A program made the translations under genes and the position numbers. Positions 38,560 through 52,200 of a DNA stretch of 64,000 nucleotides are shown one piece after another (within the stretch, counting starts at the first letter, position 1; each line of letters opens with the position of its first letter). The notes below the pieces were generated by a model that was given only the letters and a program-made list of their open reading frames with translations, had not been told where the DNA came from and made no database searches. This DNA comes from the human T2T-CHM13v2.0 reference genome, Homo sapiens. The stretch lies in NCBI RefSeq assembly GCF_009914755.1, contig NC_060932.1; one strand, written 5' to 3'.

Positions 38560-39780
38560 CTCTCTATCATTTAAGCTGCCATGCTTAGCATCTTTCATAG
38601 ACATTGCAACTAGGCTACACGCTTTTTCCCTTTCCATTTATTCTTGACTCCAGTAGAGCCTCTGCTGATACCTCTACACTTAAATGGTTCTTGTTGAGGT
38701 CTTTAGCGATCTCTAAGTGCCAAATCAGTGGGCCGCTTGTTTTGTTCTCACATTACTTAACTCCTCAGCAGTGCTGGATGTAATTGACTACTCTCTCCTT
38801 GAAATACTTCTGTCTTGGCCTCCACAGTGCTATTGTCTCTTCTGCTCTTCTTTTCACCTCACTTGCCACTCCTAAATTTGTTGCTGTCTCTTCTTTCTAT
38901 AGACTTTTGATTATTAGGGCTCCTTGAGGCTCAACCTCAGGCCCCTTTTTTGCACTTTGCTGCAGTGATCTCATTCATTCCCTTGCCACACTTTGAATTA
39001 GCTAATGTCTGGGAACTGTCATTTTTCTATATTGAGTCCAGTTCTGTCCTCTGAGCTCTAGATTTATAAATTCAATAGCCTACTTGATATTTCCACTTGA
39101 GTAAGCATTTCAAGGGTATCATTTCTATTATAAAACTCTTGATTCCCCCAAATATATTTTTCCCAGGTTTTCCCCATTTTTCATACATGGCACCGTCTGC
39201 CACTTACACAAGCCAGAAACCTGACAGTCATGCTTGGTTCCTCCGCCCTCTTGCCTCCCGCAGCCCAGTCGTCGTTTGTCTCCAGCCTCCCGCAGCCCCA
39301 GTCGTCATTCTTCTCCAGCCTCCCGCACCCCAGTCGTCATTCTTCTCCAGCCTCCCGCACCCCAGTCGTCTCTTCTCCAGCCTCCCGCACCCCAGTCGTC
39401 TCTTCTCCATGCAGGGCAGAGCCCTGCTTCAGCCACTGTCATCACTTGAGCTCACTGACTGGTCAGACTCTCAGCTGCCTCCCTTCCTCCCTCCTTTTTC
39501 TCCTCTGGCCCATTTGCTGTACAGCAGCCAGAATGATCTTTTAAAATATGGAAATTAGATCATGTCATCCTTAAAAGACCAGTGGTTTTCCATTGTCTTT
39601 AAAATAAAATCCAAATTCCTCCCGTAGGTTATGTGAGATCTAGCCCCTCCGTCATCCTACTTCCTTCATTCCTTAATTTGCAGAAGCCACCCTGGGTGCC
39701 TCTGAGGTTTCCCAGTACACTGAGTTTTTTCCCACCTTCGGGTCTTTGCACTTGATCTTTCCTTACCTGGAAAATCTTAC
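38560..39780 (+). mobile_element. L2 fragment interrupted by a minisatellite
   Basis: ctcagcagtgctggatgtaattgactactctctccttgaaatact and cagcagccagaatgatcttttaaaatatggaaattagatcatgtca are typical of L2. Confidence 0.7.
39255..39410. repeat. Minisatellite, ~5 copies of a 30-33-bp unit ctcccgcaccccagtcgtc(at)tcttctccagc
   Basis: Tandem units visible directly in PINX1 intron 2. Confidence 0.93.
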
Positions 39781-39964
39781 AGATGAGTGCTAATTGATGC
39801 AGAGGACTTAGAGTCCTCCCCCATGTTGCTTTGTGAAAGTATTTAATGGAGAGAATCATCAACTCAGAACACCTGCCGTAGGCATCTGTGAGTTTTGTAG
39901 CAGTGCTCTGCTTCTGAGTATCAGTGAGAGGAATGTTCTAACTCTCTGTGTTTAATCTCCACAG

Positions 39965-40057
39965 GGTTTAGGGGCTCAGGAGCAAGGAGCCACAGATCAT
40001 ATTAAAGTTCAAGTGAAAAATAACCACCTGGGACTCGGAGCTACCATCAATAATGAA
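39965..40057 (+). CDS. PINX1: PINX1 exon 3 (GLGAQEQGATDHIKVQVKNNHLGLGATINNE; rest of the G-patch)
   Basis: Acceptor ttaatctccacAG, 93 nt, donor GAA|GTGAGC; contains both G-patch GLG motifs; cumulative 222 nt. Confidence 0.98.
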
Positions 40058-41205
40058 GTGAGCAGCAGTGTGTGCCTCCTGGGTGTCTTTGCATAATTGG
40101 CTTCAGTCTTGTAAATCTGAAAGTTGATTGGTTCATCTGCTTCTGACCATTGGTGCAGCACTTCTTTTTATTCACGTTTCCTCTTGAACACTGACGCTTT
40201 GAATGCATGGCACTATAACTCAGAGTCAGTGGCCTACCGCGCTTTTTATTTTTAGTATCATTGTTCCCTTTTGGAAAGGATCTAAACTGAAAAGTTTTGT
40301 TTCTAAGTTTTTGCAGCCAACATAATCTGGTAGGGAATCTGGGAAATTACTTTAGGTAAATTGAATTACTTTGGTTAGTTCCGTATCTCTGAGTAGTGGA
40401 TTGGCGGAGCTAAAATTTTTAGCCACTAAAGAAAGAGTTTATATAAAGTTGATTTCAAATGTAGTTGTTGAGGGATAGATAACACAGATATACTTATTTT
40501 CTTAGAAGAAGCATTGCCCAGTAAACCTATTTCATATTCCTTTACCTTAAGCATTCTTAAAAATTGCTAAGAATGTGAGTAAGGCAGATTCGTACACTGA
40601 AACCCTGCTTCCCACTGGTTTGGGAGATCTTCATTCTCTTATAAAAGCCAGGTTCATTTTTTTATAATAAACTTATTAGGTAACCACCTTACAAATGGGA
40701 ACTCATCGATTCAGGGGACTTAAGGTTCTTCCTCCTCCCCTTCCTCAGAGTTTTGTAAAATTGGAGTTGATGCAAGTCATTAGAAGATTTTAATTCTACC
40801 AAGCAAAGAAGAGCATTTTTTTGTCCCGCATGGTTCTTGTCCTTTCAACTATGGAATTTCCCCTAGTGAGAAAAAAATAGTCATTTCATTATGTTTTACT
40901 TTAACATTTAGCACACAGGTTGCCTGTTGATTATTTACTATATATTGACTTGATCGATAAGTCATTCACATTTGAAATCAGGCCTTAAGCTTCCAGGAAG
41001 CCCCTTTTTAATATTGACCTGGATAAAGAGCATTTTAACTTTATATTATTTCTTGAATCCACTTAAATTTATCAAATAGTATTTTGATGGAACATTTAAA
41101 ATTTCTTAATTAACCACTGGATTTCCTTGATTCCAAAATGTATCATCTCAGTCAGTGTAAGTAAACTACAGGCTTACCTCTCGTTCATTTCTTTGATATT
41201 TTCAG

Positions 41206-41284
41206 GACAACTGGATTGCCCATCAGGATGATTTTAACCAGCTTCTAGCCGAACTGAACACTTGCCATGGGCAGGAAACCACAG
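41206..41284 (+). CDS. PINX1: PINX1 exon 4 (DNWIAHQDDFNQLLAELNTCHGQETT)
   Basis: Acceptor tttgatattttcAG, 79 nt, donor CAG|GTAGGG; frame continues; cumulative 301 nt. Confidence 0.97.
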
Positions 41285-41339
41285 GTAGGGAAATCAGATG
41301 ACATAAGTTCTCAATGCAAATATGTTTATCTACTTTTTG

Positions 41340-42310
41340 TTTTTTGCTTTTATTATTTTTAGTTGACACATAATTATACATATTTATTGAGTATAGTGTG
41401 ATATGTCAATACCTGTGCACAATTTGTAATGTACACATGTGTTATGTTCATCAACGTAATTAGCATATATATCACTTCAGACATTTATTATTTGTGTTGG
41501 GAGCATTTAAAATCTGTTCTTCTAGCTATTTGAAAATATAAAATAAAATATTATTTATTATAGTCACCCTACAGTGCTATAGAACACTAGAGCTTTTTCC
41601 TCTTATGTAGTGGGACTTTTATATCCATTAGCCAATCTTTAGCTGTTCCTACATAGCTGTTTTCCTTACGCAGCTCTAATAACCACTATTCTGCTGTCTA
41701 CTTTTATGAGCTCAACTCTTTTAGCTTTTCCATATGAACGAGAATATGTGATATTTATCTGTGCCTGGCTTATTTCACTTAATGTCCTCCAAACTCAACC
41801 ATGTTGCCTCAAATGAAAAACTCTCATTCTTTCGTAAGGGTAAATAGTATTCCGTGGTGTGTATGCACCACATGTTTCCCAGTTCATGTGTTGGTGGACA
41901 CTTAGGTTGATTCCATATCTTGGCTGTTGTGAATAGTGCTGCAGTGAACGTGGGTTTGCAGGTACCTCTGCAACATGCTGATTTCCTTTCCTTTGGGTAA
42001 TGCCTGGGAGTGGATTGCTGGATCATATAGTAGTTCTATTTTTAACTTTTTGAGGAGCTGCCGTACTGTTTTCTGTAGTGGCTACATCAACAGTGCATAA
42101 GAGTTCCAATTTCTCCATATCCTAACCAGTAATTATCTTTTATAATTTTGATAATAGCCATCCTAATGGGTGTGAGATGATGTCTCATTGTGATTTGGAT
42201 TTCCATTTCCCTAATGACTGATGTTAAGCATCTTTTCATCGCTTATTGGCCATTTTTATATCTTCTTTGAAGAAGTGTCTAAGTACTTTGCCCATTTTTT
42301 AATTGGATTT
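41340..42310 (-). mobile_element. L1MA-type 3' end, antisense to PINX1
   Basis: Reverse ORF 41775-42026 contains FTAALFTTAKIWNQPKCP, the L1 ORF2 C-terminus, followed by an L1MA-like 3'UTR. Confidence 0.9.
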
Positions 42311-42976
42311 TGTTGTAATCTGCAAGCATTTTTATAAACATTCTTGTTTATGAACAGTCTATTCCTTGTGTGTCATGTGTGAATAATCAAAAGATATTTG
42401 GTAGATTGAAAGAATTTTGTGGAGTGAAATAATGAATTAGACTTGAGTTCAGCAAACATTTATTGAGCTGTGTGCTGGGTACTAGTTTAGGTGTGAGGAT
42501 CTGCAGAGGTATAAGACACAGTCCTGCTTGGAGGTAGCTAGCAGAATATGCTGGTAATTACCTGGTAAAATCACAGCACACATCTAACCATAGGAAGGTT
42601 TATTGCAGTGACGTGTGTGGAAGTGAGCCCAACAGTGTGAAGGGAAAGGTGCTTTGTTGGTATTTTTTCTAACCAGATTGGACTTTTTGTTGGAATGTAT
42701 AACTTGGACAGTTTTCCTTATCCATAGGATCATGATTTTGAAATAACCTAACAGTTCTGTGTGTGGTCCTAATATGAAGGGCAATAATTTATTAGCAGAA
42801 GAAAAAGATAAGGAAAATGTTTTCTGAAAATACTGAATGACTCATATTAGGAAATGCAGGATCTATGAAGTAGTAAAGTTCAAGGACACTATTCCTTACT
42901 AATTATACACAGAAAACATCTTGATATTTACGATCACAGTTGAACTCAGTAGAAACACAGATAAGAATGTAAGCTT

Positions 42977-43298
<322 letters not shown>

Positions 43299-43304
43299 TT
43301 AAAT

Positions 43305-43500
43305 AGAATGCAGTGGTTTAGAGACAAACACCAGAGTCAGACTGCCTGGATTTTAATCCTGGTCTGACTTTTCATTTGTATGACATTCGGTAAATTGCTG
43401 AACATGGCTGTACCTCGATTTCCTCTTTGGTTAAATGGAAGCAGTAGTATCATCTTTGGAAGGTTGTTGTGAGGACTAAATGCATTATAACATCTAAGAA
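43305..43500 (+). mobile_element. MIR
   Basis: gtggtttagagac...agagtcagactgcctggattttaatcctgg...gttgttgtgaggactaaatg. Confidence 0.7.
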
Positions 43501-43558
43501 AAGCAAGCAGAGATACTCAGCACTGTAAGCCTCCTGATAGTGTGGCTGGCAAATCTAG

Positions 43559-43963
<405 letters not shown>

Positions 43964-44999
43964 TGAATAAAATTAGCAGATCTGTTATACATTTTAATGA
44001 ATGCTTATTAAACACATCTCTTTGGCAGTGCACCTCCTGATGAGCTGGGTTAGCGTAGGGGTGTGAGGGCCGGGCCAGCTGCTTTGATTGCTGCTTTGAC
44101 AACAGTATTTTCCCTTGTCCCTCATTGATCCCGGTAAGAGGAAAGTTGTGCCTTTCCTTTGTAAAGTGGGAGGGGATACCCGGGAAAGGACGGCCAGATT
44201 GGTGCATAAGTCAGACTCCGAGCAGTTTCAGGCATGAGTGCACGTGAACAAATAGATAGAAAGTGATTCCTCAAGGCCTGGCGGTGCTCACGCATCCTTC
44301 TTGATACCTGCATGCTGAGAAGGTAGAGACGCTCACCAGGTGATTCTTCTGCCCTCTCAAGGCTGAGAGAGCTGCTCTGTGAGGGCACGGCGTGGTGCTT
44401 CAGGATGTGGCCTCTGCGTCATGTCTGCCTGGGCTTCGGTCCCATCGCGGGGGCTTCCTGGGTGTGCCTTATCAGTGTCGTCCTCTGTAGTGAGTTCAGG
44501 CATCACAGCAGCTCTCTTATGGAGTGTCTGTGGGAAGGAAATCCAAGAATTCATGGAAAGCCTCCAGTCCAGCGCCTCGTCCCTCATACACTTGCAGTCG
44601 GTAGGAGCCGCTTTAAGCTGATAACTTCCTCTGTGATTTGTGATTGGAACATCAGCATTGAAAATGTTATGTGCCATATGAAGTGCAAAAGAGAAGAATT
44701 TACTGGTAGGATGTCTTTGCAAAAAATCCAAGGTGTCCCTGGGAAGTGGCTGCAGAAGAGAATGTTTCAGCTTGTGGAAATAATGAGCCCGTGCTGGGCT
44801 TTGCCTCAAGTGCGGAACATCTGCCTTCACGTTCTTTCGAGCCTGCTGTATAGTTCCCATAGGGAACTATACCTTTGAAATAAGTGACTCCTGGGAGGGG
44901 TTGCAGTGCAGTCACATGTTGTTGAATGGACACGTGCTTGTTTCGCTCCACTGTCAGGGTGAGAGTTTCTTTTTTTCCAATTTCTCTTATATCCTCTGA

Positions 45000-45324
<325 letters not shown>

Positions 45325-45734
45325 GCTTTTTTTCCAGTTTCTCTAACCTCATATCTGAATGTTCTTAAAACTGTAGGAAAATTTAGTCTCTCTTCTGCCT
45401 ATGATCGTTTCTGTGGCACTCTTCTGTCTGAACTTGACAAGCAGATACAGGTGAGAGAATGCAGGTGGCTAGCTAATTTATAATTGACTCTAACCCCAGA
45501 TCAACCTGCTCTGATCAACCTTTCAGGCAAGGACCTACTTTCTGGCTCACATTTTCCCTTCCGTCAAAGGCGTTACCACTCGGATGTCTTCCTCAATGGT
45601 GTGTTCCTGCTCCTTTTGCCCTTCCAGTTGTCCTTCCCGAAACCCTGAAAAGGTGGCTTGGAGCTATTGCTGCTCCTCCATGCGTCACCTAATCGTCATC
45701 TCTGATCTGTATTTAGGTGATCATTTAACCTGTC

Positions 45735-46445
45735 TTACCTTTATTTACTTTTTAAAGGAACTTTTTATTTTGAAATAATTACAGGCTTGTAGGAATTCGC
45801 AAAATAATTCAGAGAGTCCTGAACGTCTTTCCCCCTGTTCTCCCAGGGTGGAGAGACATTACATTGCTGTGGCTTTTCGCAACCGGGAAGTTGACATTTG
45901 GTGTTACTGTCAACTGCACCACAAACCTTAGCCAGTTTTCATCATCTTTTTTTGGTCTCCATTCATTTGTACATGGGCGGATGGTTCTGTGCAATTTTAT
46001 CACAAGTGCAGATTCATGCAGCAACCACAATGGTGAAGATACAGGATTGGCCACCACGGCACAGCAACCTCATGCCTCATCTTTGTATTTGTACCCACTG
46101 TACCTTCATCCTTGTCCCCTCGAAACCATTCATCTGTCCTCTCTCTCTGTAGTTTTGTCATGTCGAGAATGTTCTGTAGATGGAGTCATATGTTATGTTT
46201 GTAGATGGACCTCTGACTAAGCACAATGCCCTGGAGTTTGTTTTGGCCATTGCGGTGGCAGCGGCCGCCGCTCTTTACTGTGGAGTGGTATTCCACTGTA
46301 AGGATGGCCCAGGGGTTGCTCAGCTGTTCATGCATTCACACGTTGAAGGACTTGGGGGTGATTTTTGGTATTTTGCTATGATGAATAAGGCTAATGTGAA
46401 CATTTGTGTCTAGGTTTTGTGTGAACACAAGTTTCCATTTCTTCC
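45735..46445 (-). mobile_element. L1MC-type 3' end, antisense
   Basis: ctttttattttgaaataattacaggc...atggagtcatatg...ttttgtgtgaacacaagtttccatttct. Confidence 0.75.
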
Positions 46446-46704
46446 TCAAGGATTTTCTAAATTTCTGGAGGGCAGCCTGGCCTGATCCATAGTATGCAAA
46501 TTAAGGAAATATTTCTAATCATTTGACTCCTAGAAAGAAAACAGAGATCCAGCAGAAGGGTGCTGTTGCAGAGCAAATGAATGAAAGAGTTCAATCATTA
46601 ATGATAGGGCTCCTAAAATTTTCTTTCAAGACTATCCACTGTTAGGAGAATAAATGAGATTGGATTAGAAAGACTTTAATGTATTTTTTTCATCTTTTTT
46701 AAAG

Positions 46705-46797
46705 ATTCCTCGGACAAGAAGGAAAAGAAATCTTTTAGCCTTGAGGAAAAGTCCAAAATCTCCAAAAACCGTGTTCACTATATGAAATTCACAAAAG
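46705..46797 (+). CDS. PINX1: PINX1 exon 5 (DSSDKKEKKSFSLEEKSKISKNRVHYMKFTK)
   Basis: Acceptor catcttttttaaAG, 93 nt, donor AAG|GTAAGA; cumulative 394 nt (ends in phase 1). Confidence 0.97.
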
Positions 46798-47426
46798 GTA
46801 AGATTAAGCATTTCTTTACTTGTTATTGAAATCTACGTGTTTGTCCTGAGTTGCTTGAAGCATTTTAGCTCTGGGCCAATAGCGACTTCATGCTTTATGG
46901 ACAGCTCCGACTGCATTGCTGTGAAACAGCGCTGGAGTCTTCGCATTGACTGTGGTGTGCCTGAGGATCTTGTTAGAATTCAGATCTAGGAGATCTGAGA
47001 TGGGACCCAGATTAGGTTTTAGACTGTAAACAAGTCCTGTGGCTGAGCTAAAAAATGGAATCAGCTTATATTTAGAGGAAAACGGGACTTTATGTAGCTA
47101 GGTCAGAAAATAATTTTAATTTCTTGCCCAACATTTTTAGCTGCATGGTGTTTTTTCACAGCTGAAAGTTGGTGTTAAATAGCTTTTAATACGCCAGGTT
47201 AGAGAATTATGCTCTATATTGATACCTCCAGTGTGATAAAGCACACTCCCTGGTTGACCCTTTATTCCACGTAATTTCTCCATTTCACAGCGTAGGCATT
47301 CCATAGTCATTGCCAAGTCGGGTAAAAAGCCGTTTGAGACCTGGGTGAGAATTCCTATTCCTTCATCACCACCTCCCTAGCCCCTTCCCAGTATGTGAAA
47401 TCATTTGTGCATGCGGTTGTTGTCTT

Positions 47427-47445
47427 CAGCCACTAGGTGGCGATC
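47427..47445 (+). promoter_or_regulatory. CTCF motif (forward orientation)
   Basis: cagCCACTAGGTGGCGatc is a close match to the CTCF core CCASYAGRKGGCR. Confidence 0.7.
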
Positions 47446-47505
47446 TTGCATTGGAAAGAAGCAATTTAACCTAATAGAACCAACTCCCCAGTTTGTCTGT
47501 AGAAC

Positions 47506-47576
47506 AGTATCATGAATTAGAAACCTACTTATTACATAGTTTACATAAGAAGCGTGATGATGCTGCTGATGCTGTA
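47506..47576 (+). ncRNA. MIR1322: Annotated microRNA precursor in PINX1 intron 5; mature GATGATGCTGCTGATGCTG at 47556-47574
   Basis: agtatcatgaattagaaacc...gtgatgatgctgctgatgctgta matches the recalled hsa-mir-1322 stem-loop, and its known host gene is PINX1. Confidence 0.85.
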
Positions 47577-49104
47577 ATATCTAGTCTCTGTTGATGGTTC
47601 TTTCCTGGGAGGTTGGATGTGTTTCTACCTTGATATGCCAGGAACAGCACATCTCTGCTTTGGTCTTCTAGGAATGTCATGCGTATCAGGGCATTGCTGG
47701 GAAGCTCTTAACTTGTACAGCCAGCCTGGATAGCAGTGGGAGCTGGAATCCCCACTACTCTGAAGTATTGATGATGCTTTTCATGTAGGGCCAGGAGCCC
47801 AAAAGTGAGGGCTGGGTTTGGTTGAGGTGAGAGGCCGTGGCAGAGCTGAGTGGATTGGGGATTGTGTGCAGGGAGAGGCTGGGCCTCCCTTCCCTCTCCA
47901 GCAGCCGTGGCTCTTCCGCTTCCTCCGTTCTTTCTCTCACATGGAACTTTCTTGGCTGTCGCCCGTATCCCTTCTGACTGGGGTTCTTCTCCACCCCAGC
48001 GTGCTATGGAACAGAATACAGGCTTCCTTGGCCCTCAGTCCTTTTGAAGAGAGGGTACATGCTCACTTCATACCCAGTCCCTGAAATAGCATTTCTTCTT
48101 TCATTAGACTGTAGAGAAAAACTAGAGATCACAGAAGGTGCTGTTGCAGAGCAAAATAATAAAACTCAGTGACCTGTAACTTTCGGATGATGTGGCAGCC
48201 TTTTACGCTTTCACTTTTACAGGTAGAATCTTCTAATTTTCCTTTGATGCCAGACTGCATGCATGATTTCATCTGAAGCATTTGCTGAGGCTGGGATAAG
48301 CCTCTGTAATCTGCTTTAATCTAATGGATGCCGGGAGCATCTGCTTTCTATTTCTAGTTAAGCCACTCCTTTGCTGGGTGACCCTGTGAGACCGCTGAGT
48401 GCCTCGTGCCTTCGTTTTCTGTCTTCCAGCGAGGGTTCTGTATCTATTAGCCTTGCCTGGGGAGAAGAGGGAGTCAGTATGCAGAACAGAAGGATTCTCG
48501 GATCTATTGTCAGATTGCAGAGAAGAGCTGGAGTGGAGACGGGAAGGACATGCAGACTGGGCCTACGTAGGAAAGGGAGAAGGAAGCAAAAGTCCAGGGA
48601 GTGAGGAAAAGAATGGTTTATCAGCTAGCTTTCCAATCACGGTGCACACTTATTTTAAAGTTTCCTCTAGGGTGGACTATCTTAGATCACAGAAAATCTC
48701 ACTCTGGCCATTACTCGCTCAGACAAGTCACCTACCCATTTCCCTTCAGACTCAGTTTCCTCTTTTGTAAAATGTGGATACATTTGTAAGTGACTATTAA
48801 GTTCTAAGGTAGGTTCTGTTTTATGATTTATTAGAAATGACCCATTTCATGGAACTTTTGCTTTTTCAGCATTGTAGATAATAAAGATTTTCGCCAGTGG
48901 GTATGCTGATAACGACTGTAACTCATTCACTTAGTTGATGAGGATGATTCATATTGCAACTCATGTATCGTCCAGGAAATCAAACAGGAAGATGCAATTG
49001 TACATAGCTTGGGAAGAGTGAAGATTAAAATTTTACTCTACTAAGATTACAGTAGCAAATAGTGTTGTAAAATTTGCTACTGCCTAAATATCAGCTGTAT
49101 CATT

Positions 49105-49268
49105 ATTTTTATTTTTATTTTGAGACAGGATCTCACTCTGTTGCCCAGGCTGGAGCACAGAGGAACAGTCTCAGCTCACTGCAGACTTGACCTTCTGGGC
49201 TCAAGTGATCCTCCTGCCTTAGCCTCCCAGCGTGCTGGGACTACAGGTGTGAGCCACTGCACCTGGTT
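49105..49268 (-). mobile_element. Free Alu monomer (FRAM/FAM-like)
   Basis: A single ~160-bp Alu arm with a T-tract. Confidence 0.8.
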
Positions 49269-52200
49269 GGTTATATCGTTTTAGTTCTGATATATAATTA
49301 TTCCTTTCCCTGGTCCTGAGTTTATAATTCTAACTTGAGCTAATTTATTGTATAATTTTAAATGTCAGTTTTATCATACTTATTTAAAGGCTCAACTCCA
49401 GCTTGGTTTGTAGTTTTTTGTATTTTTTTTTAATGCAAAAGGTCTCTGCAGATAGAGGCTATATCTGCAGAGGGGAAAATGTCAATCGATACAAAGCCAT
49501 TTCTGAGGTTTTCTGACTGGATGGTGAGACGTTGGCAGGAGAGCAGGAGAGCAGTGCTTCCTCCCCTCAGTTATGCAGTTGTTGGATGAAAGTTGCATAA
49601 ACTGTAATTGTGCAGCTTTATCCTGGGAATCTTGCAGACTTCTTAATCCTTTGAGAGTTTGGGCTATTTTATGTGCTACTGAAACAAGGAAACTACATGC
49701 CTAACGCATGTGCAGGTGCTCGGCTTCCTGGTCGGGAAATACAGAATTGGTATTCACAGCGCAGTCAGCCCCGCCCCTCAGTTGCACACTGGTAGTGAGG
49801 AGCATTCAATCTCCTCTTCTGATTCTTTTGACATTTAAATAAATATCAGGTAGCACCTGGTAGGTCTGACCTGTGTCACTCACACTGACTCTTTCCACTT
49901 TCCTGGTTTATGGTGTCTTTTAGTGGAGTTACCCTTATCTTCTGCCCTCGGTTGACTGCCAGTTCTGTGTGTTTGCCATTTAAAAAAATAAAAATAAAAG
50001 TATGTCATTTTATTTGTCCTTCTTGATTGAATAATGCAAATGAATTTTCTAAACTATTGAAGCTACCTACATAAACCTTAAGTGTTTTTTTATTTTAGCA
50101 AACATATTCCTTGCCCTTCGCTTCTTTACTCTCGGCAGCTCAACTCTGCTTTTCCATAGAGTTGGTTTTTTGAGCCTCAGTTCTAATACAGCTTGTTGGG
50201 TTATTGCTAAACTGTTTCCAAATCATCTTGATTCCTAAGTTCTCGTGTCAATGAAAGTTTTAGTTGCCTCCCATGTGTATTTCTTGGTATTGTAAATGTG
50301 TCTGACTATAGCAGTAATGTTCCTCCCTTCCCAGTAGCTACTCTGATAGACTGGGAAACTGATAATCATGATTATTAGACAAACAGCTAAAGCAAACCTA
50401 AATAGAGTGTTCTTCCTTGAAAGTACCTGCTCTTCCTTGCAGGAACTTTCAGTTTGACTCTTGGAGGCCTTTCTTACTGGTTCTGGAAATGTTACGCATT
50501 GAAGACTAATAGATGAACCAAATCCAGATAGATGTTTCCTATTCAGTTTTCTTCATTGTCGTTTTCTCTAAGTTTATCAACAGTATTTTGTATGATTTGA
50601 CCATAATTCAGAACTGAAACAAATAAGCTTTTTAAATGCTTTTTAAATTTGTCGTATTTATTCAAAAGCGGCCATAATTTCCTGTGTTTATAAGCTTTCC
50701 ATCAGGACCATTAATTAGTAACTATCTCAAGGTCACTTCCATCTTCACCTTTTTGTCCACCTTTTATGTTCCTTTCCACTGGTCTCTGACTCTTCTTTCT
50801 TCTCTGTGTTCTTGTTTTCCAGATCAAATCCAGAGCAAGGCCTGTAACAATCCTGGTTTCTACATTTACTTAAGTGAACTTTGCTAAAGGCTAAAAATTT
50901 CTGATACAAGAATCCATCATCAAAACTTTAGACACATTTGCACCTTCATTGATATAGGTTACTGTCTCTACCAGCTTGACAGTTTTCCCTTTGACTTTCA
51001 GATCTGTTTTGAATCTGTGTGTTCACATTTTGACATCATGTTTTAGAACTGTGATCTCGCATGTACCCTCTCTTCCTTAATCCCTCCAGCATTCCTTTTA
51101 GTCAAATTGCTATAGAAGAGACCTTAATTTGCATTTTCTAGAGTGTCTCTATTCCAGAGGATAGGTTAGGGATAGATGGCCAGTACACATTTTGAATTAA
51201 GTACAGCTGCCTTTTCTGAAGTACAAACTGTGCTTTGCATTGGAAAATGGGTTGTGCTGGCAGCAAAGCCGTGAGGACATCTCTACACCTCCGATGAGTT
51301 TGTCCACCTCTTCCCGCTACAACCAGTTTTCTTCCCCACTTTCCCGGTTCATTTTCTGCCCTATCTGTGATGTGCATCGTCTATTCTTAAGTAGGTTTTC
51401 TTTTGGGTCTTTTTGTGTAGGTCCTATTTAATCATAAATGAAAAGCAGGAGGGCTTAGTGTCAAGCTCAGGTAGGAAGGAGAGCAGCAGCCAGAGCCCAG
51501 AGGAGCCTGCCCTCCTGGCAGGAACAGGTCATACCGCCTGGGCCACTTCATCTGGTACTGCTGCCTAGGAAACTGGTTTTGGCACCTGGTTTTGCATTAA
51601 ATTGAAGAGTGTTTTGTTTTTTTAATTTCACGGAGTCACTGAGCAATATCATATTTAAGTGCCCCAGTGATAGTGAACTAGAACCTTCTGGGTCATGACA
51701 TTACTTTGCCAAGGCAGTGTGCTACAGGAAACCAAGAAGACAAGTGAGTCTGTGACGGTGGAACTCGGCTTCCAGCGTGAGACTCACATTCCTGTGTCTG
51801 ACCCAGAACCTCCCTCGCCCAGAGCCTCAAGCCTTTACATGGAGTAGTTACATTTTAAAATGCATTTACCATGCCGTTGACAAATGGGACTAGATTTGGC
51901 CTACTGCTCACAGAGGATTATTGGGTAGAAGTGGAAATTCCAAAGAAGTGAATTTTAAATTAGTTGGTTTGGGGGTTTGAAATTAAAGAGTTTAGTGTTT
52001 TAAATAAGAACCATAGAGCCATTTAATTTCCTACTCTCCCTATGTAGCTTTTTATTTAGAGACAATATAGCTAGAGCAGTAAAGAACATTTTAAGAAGAA
52101 AAATCTGAAACCCTGTCACCCTTATACAGTATTTTTGATTTACATATATTCTTTTAAAATTTTTATTTGTTGAGTTAATTATTAAGATCCTGTGTGTCAA

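Noticed and set aside
39097-39558. 153-aa ORF with SSLPHPSR repeats; array superficially CRISPR-like
   Set aside because: Tandem minisatellite inside an L2, with no unique spacers and a eukaryotic context.
49444-49472. 11-bp inverted repeat ctctgcagata/tatctgcagag and similar short stems at ~49568-49605 and ~50329-50358
   Set aside because: Short stems with no other support; not distinguishable from chance or decayed MITE remnants.
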